Shown piece after piece: positions 50,702-64,000 of a DNA stretch of 64,000 bases. The DNA comes from Schmidtea nova (lineage: Eukaryota): NCBI GenBank assembly GCA_044892505.1, contig CM097883.1, positions 444,540,001 to 444,604,000 on the forward strand. The letters run 5' to 3'. The notes beneath the pieces were generated by a model. That model worked only from the letters and a program-made list of their open reading frames with translations, was not told where the DNA came from and ran no database searches. Within the stretch, counting starts at the first letter, position 1. Each line of letters starts with the position of its first letter. The translations under genes were made by a program, and so were the position numbers.

Positions 50702-51662
50702 ATTTAATTGAGCATTAATAATATATTGAATGAACATTAATAATATATTAAATGAGCATTAATAATATATTGAATGAGCATTAATAATATATTGAATGAG
50801 CATTAATAATATATTGAATGAGCATTAATAATATATTGAATGATCATTAATAATATATTGAATGAGCATTAATAATATATTGAATGAGCATTAATAATAT
50901 ATTGAATGATCATTAATAATATATTGAATGAGCATTAATAATATATTGAATGAGCATTAATAATATATTGAATGAGCATTAATAATATATTGAATGAGCA
51001 TTAATAATATATTGAATGAGCATTAATAATATATTGAATGAGCATTAACATAATATATTGAATGAGCATTAATAATATATTGAATGAGCATTAACATAAT
51101 AAAGCTTTGGTGTGTGGAAGACAGGTACTTGTACCTGTCATGCATTTCTAAAGGGCTACATTTGCAAACATGTGGTTGGTATGGCGATAAGATTAAAGTA
51201 TTGCAAACCACAGCCAGAGGCAAAAAATGTCTATATTGGAACATAGATTAAGAAAGAAAGACCTTTGAAAGCTTTACTAAGACAATGACAATTTTATAAA
51301 TGATGATCTGTGATTTTTTTTCAATTTCAAAATAATATTATATAATGGTCTTTCTTTGTCTAATGTTTTTTCTTAAATTGATTAATGTATTTTTTCAATA
51401 AAATTAATGTAGTTCTTTTAATAAACTAATGCTCATAAATAATTTCTATAATGCTATTAAGTTAATACTAAAGCTTTATTATGTTAATACTCATCAATAA
51501 ATTATTATTGCTCATTCAATATATTATTAATGCTCATTCAATATATTATTAATGCTTGTAGGACTCTCTCGGGCTCTACAATATTTCACTTATTAACACA
51601 AAATCTATCAACAACCTACAAATAACTATACTTAGTAATTAAAAAGTTAGACCATAATAAAC

Positions 51663-51674
51663 TGGTGTCAGAAG
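51663..51674 (+). promoter_or_regulatory. Primer-binding site, complementary to a tRNA 3' end ...CTTCTGACA-CCA (tRNA-Leu type)
   Basis: TGGTGTCAGAAG upstream of gag; tRNA identity is from recalled tRNA-Leu(CAA) ends, not checked in this species. Confidence 0.7.
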
Positions 51675-51860
51675 GTAAAAACAGCAGTACATAATCGCGA
51701 TTTACTTTTGTTTTTCAAACGGAAAATCTTTTAGCATACCTACTATAGAGGTATAAAGACTACCGTCTCTGTTGGTCGAACACAGTAGACCATATCCTTT
51801 ACCGATTCTCATATTTTTTTTCACAACAAACAAATAAAATAACACTACACATAAAGACAA

Positions 51861-52928
51861 ATGGCATCGTATCAACAAAATCTAACAAACAATTCCCAAA
51901 CACACAACAACAAAACCACACCCAATCAACAAGAGAACACCAACTATTATTACACCCATGAAAACCATCACACCATAAATTCAATAATAAACCCCAAGGC
52001 AAACATTCCCAATTACTTTACAGACGAGAACGGCACACCCCAAAAATGACTAGAATTCTCAAAACTAACGTTGACACTTTCGGGAATCAAATCGACCAAA
52101 AGCTTATGCTCCCAAATAATAGCCGCCCTACCCAGCAATATTTTAAATGAAATCGCAGACCGAATAGACGAAATAGCGAAAAGCGAAGACCTATTCAACC
52201 TACTATATACAACCTTATTAAATAGAAATAATGTGAACAGGAGAGAAGTATTGGAGTCTTGCTTAAAAGATATACAGCTTGGAAATGACAAACCAAGCGA
52301 ATTTCTGCGAAATCTGAAGAGCAAATTAGAATTTTTACAACCCAAAATCATAAGTGCGGGTCAAAATAATTTCGTAAAAGACCTATTCATGAGGGCAATG
52401 CCACAAGAAATAAGACGAATCTTAGTTGCAAATGAGTGCACAGACCTCGACAAAATAGCCGATATCGCGGACAAAATAAATGACGAAATATTCCCAACAG
52501 TTTGCAAAACATATCGAAAACAGCACCCGTGGGAAATTAAACAGGAAAACCGTCAAGAACGAGATAACCCTAATAACGATACCAATCTTCTACTGAACTC
52601 ATTAATAAAGAAAGTCGACGAGGTCTTAATAGAAAAAAAGAACCTCCAGAACAATTTACAAGAGGTACAAGCGAGAGAAATGAAAAGAAACCAGCTCAAC
52701 CAAAACAATCAAAACAACCACACAGAACAAAACCCAAACGTTAACCGTTACCAAAATAACGATAACAACCCAACAGAGCAAAAACCAAATTTTGACCAAT
52801 ACAATAAACCAAACAACAACAATGTACAAAATGGAAATTGGTGTTACTTTCACAATAGATTTGGGGACAAGGCTTTCAAGTGCAACGCACCTTGTACTTT
52901 CCACAACAAAAAGCCGGAAAACATATAA
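51861..52928 (+). pseudogene. Gypsy gag with one in-frame TGA (52047-49)
   Basis: IIAALPSNILNEIAD...LGNDKPSEFLRNL...LFMRAMP; knuckle CYFHNRFGDKAFKCNAPC; 51861 and 52071 are in the same frame. Confidence 0.9.
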
Positions 52929-52934
52929 AGTCAC

Positions 52935-55230
52935 CATGATCGCACCGACCATTAGTGACAGCCAAACATTCACGGTGCACAGCAACGGTATTAACTTTCT
53001 CGTTGATACCGGTTCAATAATTTCCATATTGCCGAACTACCTTTACAAAAACACAAAAGCAGAAACCACATGTTTATGTACAGCAAACGGCAGCCCTATC
53101 AAAACATTCGGAAAACAAACAATCAACATTTCCGTCAATAATATACAATACAATTGACATTTCACCATCGCAGAAGTGAAACAAGCCATATTAGGAGCAG
53201 ATTTCATCGCAAAATACAACCTATTAGTCGATTGTAAAAATGGGAAAATTATACCAAACAATTCAAATAACTCAACCAACAAAAGTAACCAATCAACAAA
53301 ACAAATCAACTGCGACATTGGAGTGATAACAGCTCAACATGGTGAAATAAAAACGAATGGGCAGAAACTAAAATCAGAAAATAAAGACGGGCATATACCT
53401 AACGAAATCATGAAACTGATTCAAACAATGCCAAACATAACAAAAAAACTACAAGCAAATAGCGAAACAAAATGCATAACTGAACACGCAATAATAATCA
53501 AAGGAAATCCAGTTCATGCAAAAGTCAGGCAGTTGGACAAAAATAAACTCGAAATAACAAAGAAAATATTTGACGAACTATTAGAAAATCAAATCGTCAG
53601 ACATTCTAATTCAAATTGGTCTTCAGCTCTCATGCTTAAAGAAAAAGCAAATGAGGAATGGCGTGCTTGTGGCGACTGCAGAGCACTAAACAGCACCACA
53701 ACAGCTGACAATTATCCAATTCCAGTCATAAATGATATAATTAATAGATTCAACAAACCCAAAATCTTCATCAAAATTGACTTGGAAAAAGCCTACCATC
53801 AAATTCCCGTCAGAGCGGAAGACATAAAAAAAACAGCGATCATCACACCCTTAGAACTCTTCGAATACAACAGAATGCTTTTTGGTTTAAAAAACGCAGC
53901 GGCAACGTTTCAACGTTTTATGGACCAAATCCTACGAAACCAACGAAATACAGTCGCTTACCTAGACGACATACTTATTGCGTCCACAACCAAATCGGAA
54001 CACATCGAAAACATAAAAATTGTGTTGGAAATACTCAACAAACATGAACTAAAAATTAATACAAAAAAATGCCAATTTTTAAAAACTGAAATACAATTTT
54101 TGGGTCACTTGTTGAATGAATAGGGAACAAAACCACTAGATGACAAAATAAAAGCAAACAATAACAGAGTCCCCGAGGTTGAACTCGCTCAAATTGGAAG
54201 AAATAGACTGAGTCTGGTACGACACGGCTAACGACAATAATAAAAGAATCATCGTACCACCCGAATTCCGCGAACATTACCTGCAGAAATACCACAACAT
54301 TTACCACCCAAAAAACAAAGTTACATATGAACTATTGCACACAAAAGTAATCTGGCCTTACATGAGAAGGGACGTAAAAGCATTCGTTAGAAACTGCCCA
54401 CAATTTCAAAAAACAAAATAACAAAAAAAACTATTTAAAACAGCAGAGGTACAATTTCCAAGTTCGGAGCCATTTGAAACAATACACATCGACATAATCG
54501 GACCTCTACCACCCAATAACAAACACAAGTATTTGTTAACAATTATAGACTGCATAACAAACTGGTTTGAAGCCATACTCATAAAAAAAATATCTGCAGC
54601 AAAGATTTGCAAACAATTAGAACTAAATTGGTTCGCACGGTATGGTTGTCCAAAGACAATAATCAGCGATCAAGGTAGACAATTTGAATCCGACATTTTT
54701 AAAGGTCTTTGCAACAAATATAACATTGCAAAAAGCAGAACAACAGCGTACAACCCCCAATCAAATGGAAAAGTGGAAAGATTGCACCGATCAATAAAAC
54801 AAGCAATCAGAACAAAAACGAACAATAACAATAACTGGTTGGAAAAATTACCAGAAATCTTGATAGGATTGCGCAACAACCCTTCAAGCTCAAACGATAA
54901 AAGTCCTAGCCAATCGGTATTTGGACAAAACACAAACCTTCCAAACTTAAAAGACGAAACAGAAAACAAATTAACGACAAACAACAGAACCAACGTGCTA
55001 CAAATAACTAAACTAAAAGGCATTCTGAGAAACAAAAACATTCAACAAACACAAAACCAAACCAGACTAATAATAGACAAAGTCTTAATAAAGTAACCTT
55101 TCACAAGTGGTTTCGAAACAAAGTACGAAAGTCCATACAAATTACTAAATATATACAAAAACGTCGGCACAATCGTAAAAGACAACAAATCAATTAAAAT
55201 AAACATACGCCGATTAAAACCATTTTATGA
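52935..55230 (+). pseudogene. Gypsy pol (protease, RT, integrase); RNase H deleted near 54155
   Basis: FLVDTGS; AYLDDILI; RT end (GHLLNE*GTKPLDDKIKA) joins directly to the integrase zinc-binding region (YHPK...WPYMRRDVKAFVRNC); HIDIIG, ISDQG, GKVERLH; the 19-22 kb copy retains RNase H here. Confidence 0.9.
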
Positions 55231-57151
55231 AAACAAACTACCACCATCCAACAATGACCACAATCAAACACCTCCAGACAAATCTCCAACAAAACAAAAA
55301 CATATAAAATTCAGCGAGAAAAACACAATAAAAACATTCGACAAAAACACAGAAATCACATCAGAACAAAAACGATACAGCGACTGCTTCAAATAAAAAA
55401 ACACAACCATACACAAGCAAAACAGATGCACAAACAAAGTTTATTGTACAGTTTTTATTTCTTTGTAAATATGTAAGTTTTATGGTTAAATCGTTGTATT
55501 ACACAAAACAAAACAAAAACAAAACAAAATAAAACCAAACAGAAAAAAAGGTTTCAGGTTACTGTTGATGTAAAAATGTTAATTTTTATATTTTTATTAT
55601 TCATGTTAACCTCTGGTTTTAAAAGGGGGAAGTTGTGTGATGTTTGCATTTTGTGTTATTTTTTTCCGGCTCGTTGGATATTTTAATTGGTCAAAAACGA
55701 TGGATGATCTCCCTTGAATATTTTCCTAATCTAGTATATTCGATTATTATTTTTTATTCCTAGGCAAATTCCGTCTTCTTTAATAATATCAAATTCGCTT
55801 CTTAATTTTTTTCAATTTATTAACCAATATATTTTATTTGTATTTTGGCTTACTATAGTAATTTACTATAGTAAGCCAAATTTAAATTTAAAACTGAAAT
55901 TTAACTAATTTCATAAAAAATAAAAAATTAATCACAAAAAGGAGAGGGGGGGAAATAACCTACAAGTAAAAAAAAATCACACAAATAGCAAACATCACAA
56001 TGCTTATTCAATATATTATTAATGCTCAATTAAATTTTTCTCACTTCAAATTTAGAGATTTTTAACTGAATAATTATGCACTAAACTCGTTTTTTTACAG
56101 TTGTTTGCGAAAGTCGGTAATAATTTCTGACTTCTTGCTCTTATTTTTCAAAGTCAACAATACCCAACTCAATCACTTTTATTTAAATAATATTACAATC
56201 AATGACACTTTTTCTTTATCTGCACTTTTCTCGCGTTCGGGATAAGTCTTCCAATGGGAGATCGCCGTTTCTGGTATGCATCAATTGATTTGATTTGACC
56301 GATATTATCTTCTTTACACGGTCTAATTTTACTAAACTCTTTTGAATTTACTTGAATCACTCTGAAAATTTATCTTCGACCAAATGGCAATATTGAAAAT
56401 TTGTTTCCTCCTCTTATAATATTTTCTTAATTGCCTTTTTCTACAGTTTTGATTTAATTGCTGGCAGGCGCTTCTCACGGGTCATCTATTCTAATAACCG
56501 CTTTTCTCTTTCCTCGGGCTTTTTATTCTAATATAATTTTAAAATAAATCAATATAATGAAATTTCGGGTTATCTCTACCTCTCGGGGTTTCCTTTTATA
56601 TCGGGGTTTCCATACAGTTAATTTGTGCGGTGCAATTGGAATATTTGTTGACAACTAGACAGTCCCTTTAGTTGTTTAATTTCCTTAAGTAATTAAATAA
56701 TTTTGTTGATGACTCCTGGGTTTTTCATTAGTTCAGGTTTCCCACTAGGTAATTAACTTTTAAATTTGTTTGTATTTTTTGCATATATTTTCTGGGAACC
56801 CCCATTGATGTTTTATTATTATATTTGGATTCGTCTCATAATTTAGCATTCACTCATACCCGTTTCCCCGCAAAATATTTATTTTCAAGTTTTTATATTA
56901 ATTTTTCACTTTATTTGTAACAGTCTGAATTTCGTTATTTTACCAATTTACACTCAATATTTTGTGAATTTAATTTTTGTTCTTGTTTAAACAAATCCCA
57001 TTAAATTGTTTTGAAATAACACTGTCCAAAAAATAATAAATACTATATTTTTGCACCAATAATTTGTTTTAACACGACTTTTAAATTACGCATTTAATTC
57101 ACATCAACATATTTATGTACAAATAACATAATCTAATTTGTTGACCCTCTA

Positions 57152-57888
57152 CCGTCTTTCCCCGAATACAATGCGCGCATTGTATTCGGTTTTCATTTTT
57201 ATTTCAAGTTTTCAAAAGTTTAATCATTTATTTATAATAGAATGTGCATTCGAATATAATGCGTACTCAAATACAATGCGCTTTTTCCATGCTTTATATA
57301 AGGTTGCTTTCTATATATATGTGTGTGCCACAAAATTACAAATCAATTTTTTAGTGCTTTTCTCTCAACCGATTCACTTCAAATTTTGCACACTTGCTCA
57401 CTTCCGGTGACAATACATGGAAATTGATAAATTTGACCAAAAAAAGTTAATTAAGTTAACTAAATAACAATTTGAATTTCCCCATACATTTAACAATGGA
57501 CGAGAGGTAAATGTGTTGGTGTCTTCAGAGAAATTTTGCGTGTAAATGTAATATAAATTGCAAAAAAAAATTTCTCAGCCAAGTGGAGTTCTGCTCGCAT
57601 AAAGCATGGATTTGAAAAAAGAATTTTTTTTGATTTACTAGTTAATATTCAAATAAAATGTACACCCGAATACTATGCGCTCTCAAAAATTCAAATTTAT
57701 TATTGGTTTTCCGCTAAATATTTGATTTAGATTTATTTTGAATAAATTATGAATAGACAATAGACATTTTTTATATTTGAAATTTGATTTAATTTACTTT
57801 ATTTAAATTTTTAAAATTGGTTATAAAACAAAAGTTTTAAAATTACATTCAAATTCAATGCGCGCTTATTGTATTCGGGAAAAGACCG
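57152..57888. mobile_element. Tc2/pogo-like non-autonomous element, 737 bp, TA-flanked
   Basis: TA|CCGTCTTTCCCCGAATACAATGCGCGCATTG versus the reverse complement of the right end TA|CGGTCTTTTCCCGAATACAATAAGCGCGCATTG. Confidence 0.7.
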
Positions 57889-59585
57889 TAGTTAGTATCT
57901 GTTACTCACATTAAAGTAACATAGTCAAATTTTACTTATTCAAAGAACACCATTTCCACACTCGACAAACGATGTGCTCTTAAATTTAGACGGGACCCAC
58001 ATATTTGTTCAGCAGAATATCAGAAACTGTATACTACTTACAAAACCTAAAATCAGTAGCTAATATCACAAAATGTTAATAGCGAACAAAAGTCTTCATT
58101 GGATTCAAACTCATTAAGCGTGTTGGGCATTTTTCGTCGCTCATATTAGGTGAGAGCTAATTTTAAAATAGCAATGAATAATTACTGAATAAGATTTTTA
58201 CTTGAATTACAAATTTTCTTATGAACTAAAATTTGTATGTTACCAATTTTATCTTTTCTAAATAAAAATATCTAAAAATAATGCTTTGTAAGATTTTTCA
58301 TCTTACACAGTTTTTTATCACATCTTCAATTTTACTATGTGCAGTACGTCTTTTTTGACGATTTTTGTCGGAACGTATCTACCGTGTAAAAATTGAGTTG
58401 GGTGCATGTAAAATTAAACGCGTACCAATTTTCTGAAACATTACGTAATTACCATTACACAATTATTAGACATGGAACATTTCATATTTTTAATTGATAG
58501 CATAATATTTTATTTTAATGGTACCTAAAAATCGACTTTTATTTATCGAATGATATAAAATTTGTCCAATTTCAAGAAATATTTCTTTAAAAACTGTCAT
58601 AATATGTTCAAAATCTAAAAGGTGATTTTAATTAACTTTAACTTATTGATTTGAATTTTTGTCAAATAGTCATAGCTAACGGTAAATAAAATTGATAAAT
58701 CATATAATCTACATATATAATTTCCGATGTATGTTCGTTTGTTTGTGTGTACCGCTGTTTTCGCTAACTCATAATTTTTTCATTTCTTAAGATAGAAAGC
58801 TCAAACAAAAAGTATTTTAAATATCTTTTCAAAAGATTTTCAACGGTGTATAGTACGTTTTATCTAATTCCAAATTTTGATGGTTTTCTTTACATGACAG
58901 TTTTATTTTTGACATTTTTTTATTATTCATCTGTCAATATCTTCCTGAGCCAGTCTTCGCTCATGTACAGTTGAATGTTGCTTTAACTCGAGGGAGAAAT
59001 CATGAAAATCTTAGAGTATTCATTAAAAATACATTCCTTCAAGGAGATTTACTTCATAATGAGAGAACATACACAAAAAAATGTTGTAATTAAGGAATTG
59101 TTGAACTAAAATAAATGAAATTTTTGTATTAAATTATTTGTTTATTCTGATTTGTAACCTTTCAAAATTTATTTTATTTCAGCTGAAATATATTTATTTG
59201 GAAAAATGCCGTCATTTTTGACGGGTAACACACTAGTTTTAAATAATTAAAGGTGTTTGAGAAGTAATTTAGTACATTTTAATATTATTATTTTTATTTT
59301 TATTATTATTAATATTAGTATTATTTTTATTATAATTATATTTATTACAATTAATTATTTTTTAACTCTTTCTTTTAACTTCCAATTTCTGTTTGTTTTC
59401 TTGTCAAACTTTGGATCGATTTTTAACCCACTTCCCGATATCCAATCGATCTGAAAATTTGCGAGCAGACTCGTGGTGGCCCACAAATTATTCCATTGAA
59501 AAATTGAAAAATTGAAAAATTTTGAAACAATGTGATTTTTCAATTTACTGTTGCCAAGAAACTACCAAACAATGAAACAACAATA

Positions 59586-59808
59586 AAATTAACCGAGAAC
59601 ATGAGAAAAAGAAAGAGTTACATTAAAAACTTGTTTTTATGGGTTCCTTTTTTCTAGGCCTCATTTCAACCGCCATATGACGAGTATTTATATTAATTTA
59701 AATTAACCGAGAACATGAGAAAAAGAAAGAGTTACATTAAAAACTTGTTTTTATGGGTTCCTTTTTTCTAGGCCTCATTTCAACCGCCATATGACGAGTA
59801 TTTATATT
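59586..59808. repeat. Tandem duplication, period 114 bp
   Basis: Two essentially identical units starting at 59586 and 59700. Confidence 0.92.
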
Positions 59809-61349
59809 GCGCATAAGCACTAAATATTATTATTTTTATTTCGCGCTGAAAATTGTTCGCTTCGAATTATCCAGCTGCGAATTGCCCTAAAACTGAATTC
59901 CATAATTTTTTAATCTTAAAATATTTACCCCAATACCTAGGAATTTAATTAAGAAAATTCTTATAAATATTCCAAATAAAGCAACTAACGAAAGGCAAGC
60001 AAAATTGTTATTAAATAAACATGCTAAACTGTATTTTTGTTGACAAATAAGCATAAATAATTTTCATTTGACAGGAGTTGATAACATTGTCAGTGGTAAC
60101 CAGATGGGGAAATTCTTATTCATTAAAAGATGAAGGCTCCATAAGAATTCTTTTTCTCGATCTGCCTTGAACTGACAGATCTTTTTAACAATATTCATAC
60201 ACATTTTACCCTTGAGAAATAAATTAATCATTAAACAATTAAACAAAAACAAACACAATAACAAATATTTTGAATAATTTTTTTCATTTAACCAAAAATT
60301 CGAATGTTCTTTTTGTGTCTGAAAATTTGAAGACAAAAAAAGTTTGTCAAACCTGCTAAAATCAACATAATATAGACTTACCAATATCAACTTCCTCATT
60401 TTGTCTGTAGCATTATTATTAAATCTTATTCCTCGTGTTCTCAACTAATAAATTAATAATTGACACCCAACAATAAACTATTTTTTATCACAAAAAATAA
60501 AATAAAATTTCCCTAATCACAAGTCAATTGTAAAACTTAGATTTTTGAAACAGTAGAAATTGTCTGAAAGAATATCTAATCCTATTTTTGAATTTCCCTA
60601 ATGAATAATAATTCAGTAACACAATATACGCTTTTCGTATTTTAACCAAGCTCAAGCAAATTTTGTTGATTTGTTTTTCTTTATATATCATTAATTATCG
60701 TTAACCATCTCCAGGGTCCATGATATTTTGCGGCAAAAATATAAAATCTCCGAATCATAGTTTTGATATTTTTACCGTGTTATTTAAGCGACACCATAAT
60801 TTGACATAATAAAAGTCCAAGTCATTTATTTATATCAAAAGATACAAGTTCTATAACTAATTAAAATATAATAAGCAATACGAGCGCAGGTTAGTTTTGA
60901 AGAGATGTGTAAAAAGGAATAGTACTGAGAATTGGCGAGTGTCACTACCTGTATCGTAAAAAAACTTATCGTAATTATATTTTTTCCTTTATAAAAATAA
61001 TAATAATTATAATAATAATAGTTGTAATAATATAAAATGGCGATTCATTGGTAGCAGCATTAAGTATTAAATTTTCGATTATAATGATTACAAGGATTAT
61101 TTTATAATCGAAAATTTTCTCACTTAATAAAATTGTTTTTGCAGCAAAGACTTATTTTGTTACTTATTTATTAATTTATTTAGTAGTAATAATAATAATA
61201 ATAATCTTATAAATAATATTAATGATAATAATAATATAAAGTTTGTCTAGGAAAAAGTTTGTATTTAATTTTTATAATTCTAAATGTATAGAGTTTTATA
61301 TTGTCAAATTAGTATTTCGATTTAATGATGAGGTTTACATTCGTGCTGA

Positions 61350-62155
61350 TTCCTTCTCTTATTCTCTTATTTATGAATTAATTGGTGTGATAGTTGGCGA
61401 TTCTAAGTTTTCTGTATTGTTCTTTGCTCTGTTCTCATTTATATTTTCAAACGTCATGGGTGAAATGCCACATACATTGGAAAAGACTGCACGTCTTCTC
61501 AGTATTCGAGTTTCAGAGCGGAGTCAATTAATGGGATTTAGCGTTGTTTTCAATCATATCGATATTTGTGAATGTGAGTGTGAGAGTTTTGAGTGCGTGT
61601 GTTTGCCTCATTTTTTGCGGTTTAAGTAAATTAACTGATGTGATTGTTGATGATGTTTATTTTCTTCTTTTGATTTGTGTTCTATACTCGTTTAATTTTT
61701 CAAACGTCATGGGTGAAATGCTACATACTTTGGGCTACATTCGTCTTTTCTGTACTCGAGTATTATAGTATTTTCAATTGAGGATTATGGATTTCGTTTT
61801 CAATCATTCTGTTGTTTATAAATATGAAAAAATTTATAATATATTCTTAAAAAAATATTTTTTTGTAAAAAAAGTATTACATTTTTAAGATTAATTTATT
61901 CAAATTAAAAAAAAATTTTTAAAAATTTTTACATTTTTTGACTAGTATATAAAATTTATAATAAACATTTTATTTTAAAAATTAATATTAATTTGTTTGA
62001 TAAATCGATTTATTTGATTTATATATTAAATAAAAGATTGAGTAGCACCTGATGAAGAGAATTAAGTTCTCGAAATATATTTGGATTGGCGTTTGTTTTT
62101 AATTATTTAATTGCCATTATTTAAGTGCCATGCTTGTTGTATTATGTAATAATAA
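61350..62155. mobile_element. Second copy (inverted) of the 48070-49015 element, one TIR only
   Basis: Shared TTTTCAAACGTCATGGGTGAAATG duplication and GTAGCACCTGATGAAGAGAATTAAGTTCTCGAAAT terminal block. Confidence 0.75.
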
Positions 62156-63159
62156 TATAGGTCAGCTTTTCTATTTTACGATATAAGTATGGCCCCAGAA
62201 TTGGCTATAGAATGACAATTGTACAACTCAATAGACGTAATGCAATGAATATTACAGTCTTTCGTTAAAGTATGGTTAATTTAATTTAAATTATCTAGTT
62301 TGTTTTTTAATTTAAATTGATAATTAAAATGATCTTTTAGTAAATAATATATATATATTATTCAAATTTTATAGAAAAACATGAATATTAAAACAAACAT
62401 ATTCAATGTAATTTAATATAAATTATCTAGTTAAATTTTTTAAAATTAACATAAGTTTTTTTAAATAAAGTTCTTAATTTTGAAAAAGCCAATTTCTTCT
62501 GATTTATTTTCAAAAGGCTTGTTTTCAAATGTATTAATATTTGTTTGAGGCTTAATAATTTTAATGCATGATTTTCAAGTTGAATTTTTGATTATTAACA
62601 ATAGATTCTTGATTAATATTCAATAAAATTTTAATAGATTTTCAAAAGTTTAGACAAAATTTGGAATTTCGCGTGCTATGGAAATTCGTGAGACCTAATT
62701 ATTTCGGTTGTCAAAATATAAAGAAAAAGAACATTGATTTCTACTGTTAGACAGACAGCAGTCAAAATGGAAATTTATTACATGTTTCGAAAAAATTATC
62801 GGATTAAAAAAAACTTTTAATTGATTAATTAGTTTATTTTTTAAAATGATCTACTGATTTTAAATTATTATTTTTTAAAAGAGACAGATACAAAATAAAT
62901 TCTGACGATGACTATTCAACACGTACTTATAAAGCTTTTCGTTGAATATCATTTAAAAAGGGAATTTATTGGTTTACTTATTATTGATACAATTTACCTG
63001 CGATCACATGTAAATACCACCATTCAAATATTTTTATAAATTTTTAAAAATATTTTCTTTTCTTTAATTTACAAAATTTTTTCTGAACCTTTTTGTACAA
63101 CACCTAAATAATATTCTTCATTATAAATTTTCACTTGCTTTTTTGCGAATAGTATACAA

Positions 63160-63752
63160 TACTATTTTCTTTATTACATTAGATGAAAAGTGGGTTTTAT
63201 TTTGTAATTCTAGTGGAGGTAAACCGTGGCTTCAACTTGGCCAGACAAATCACCAAGTATTTTCTCCAGGTAACTTCGAAAAAAGGTGATGTTTTGTGTT
63301 TGTTGGAATTATGAAGGACCTGTGCATGGGAACTTGCCCCGGATGGTCAAGCTTTCGATAGTAACCTTTATGTTGAACAACTACAGCGAGTTCATGATGC
63401 TTTGAACACTCGCTACCCAGGTCTGTTGAATCGCGACAGAGCAATCATACAACATGACAATGACCCAGCTCATACATCACTAAGAGTTAAGCAGACAATT
63501 TAAGAATCGCAAGGCATCTCAATTACATTACCCCATTCAATGAAAATTTCAGACCTTGCTCTTGCTGACTATCATGTTTCGGTCCTTTCACACTTTTTAG
63601 GAAGACGCTTTGGTTCGGAGGAAGAATACAAAACTGGAATCGTCGAAATTTTCACCTCCAATACACTAGAGCGGTATCACCATGGGATCGAGCAATTGGC
63701 AGAAAAATGGCTTCGAGTAATTAAAAATGACGGACTGTATTTCGAGGAATAA
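63160..63752 (+). pseudogene. Mariner transposase catalytic-domain relic (different subfamily from 2379-3667)
   Basis: ITLDEKWVL...KVMFCVCWNYEG...QHDNDPAH...DLALADYH...AEKWLRVIKNDGLYFEE*; frameshifts and a stop. Confidence 0.9.
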
Positions 63753-64000
63753 TATGACCAGTGTTAAAACATATTGTGTAGATAAATTACTCAACTCAAC
63801 CTGGAATAACCTCTCGAGGTTATTTCAAAGTTTGTAGATTCAGTTTTTGCTGCCCATAGTGCTTTAAATCCTATGTTATTTTCAACTTTTTCTTTCACAA
63901 AAAGGAGTAGGTTATCCCTACCTTTAAAAATGGAAACATTATTCAATTCTATTCGCCTATATAATTAGAAAATATATTTCTTTTTCGGTACTTCAAAGCA

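Larger units (their letters stand above)
51557..55999 (+). mobile_element. Ty3/Gypsy retrotransposon with an RNase H deletion and dissimilar terminal repeats
   Basis: TG...CA ends flanked by ATGCT (51552-56 and 56000-04); PBS TGGTGTCAGAAG at 51663-51674; PPT AAAAGGGGGAAG at 55621-55632; 3' LTR-like 55636-55999 with an imperfect 21-bp inverted terminus. Confidence 0.9.
50702..56035. mobile_element. Foldback-like element whose TIRs are built of a 22-bp unit (ATTAATAATATATTGAATGAGC), interrupted by a Gypsy insertion
   Basis: Left arm 50702-~51108 (~17 units); right arm 51471-51556 plus 56005-56035 (few units); ends ATTTAATTGAGC/GCTCAATTAAAT; inner ends AATAAAGCTTT/AAAGCTTTATT. Confidence 0.8.

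Noticed and set aside
60064-60444. 126-aa minus-strand ORF
   Set aside because: No motif, non-ATG start in the track, AT-rich and partly intron-like; cannot be supported as a gene

Overview
AT-rich eukaryotic (animal-like) genomic DNA with very short GT-AG introns (43-58 nt), mostly transposon debris and interrupted by several N runs. I found no rRNA, tRNA or CRISPR array. One clear host gene is present: NCBP3 (minus strand, 4 exons, 23149-24250). The dominant feature is a ~15.5 kb near-perfect palindromic element (25102-40574). It has ~7.1-7.6 kb inverted arms around an 803-bp spacer, AGTAG...CTACT termini and a 6-bp TCTAGA on each side, which is the terminal signature of Polintons/Mavericks. 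It encodes no polymerase, integrase or capsid in the visible sequence. Instead it carries two copies each of two unknown genes, one central spliced coiled-coil gene, and terminal arrays of AP-1/CRE motifs. A decayed relative at 17.3-19.3 kb lies next to an intron-containing Bcl-2-like pseudogene, and a Polinton-type integrase relic lies at ~9 kb. The rest comprises four pieces of one Ty3/Gypsy family, three mariner copies, a hAT deletion derivative, a foldback-like element, several MITEs and tandem repeats. All alignments and translations were done by eye; no database search was run.
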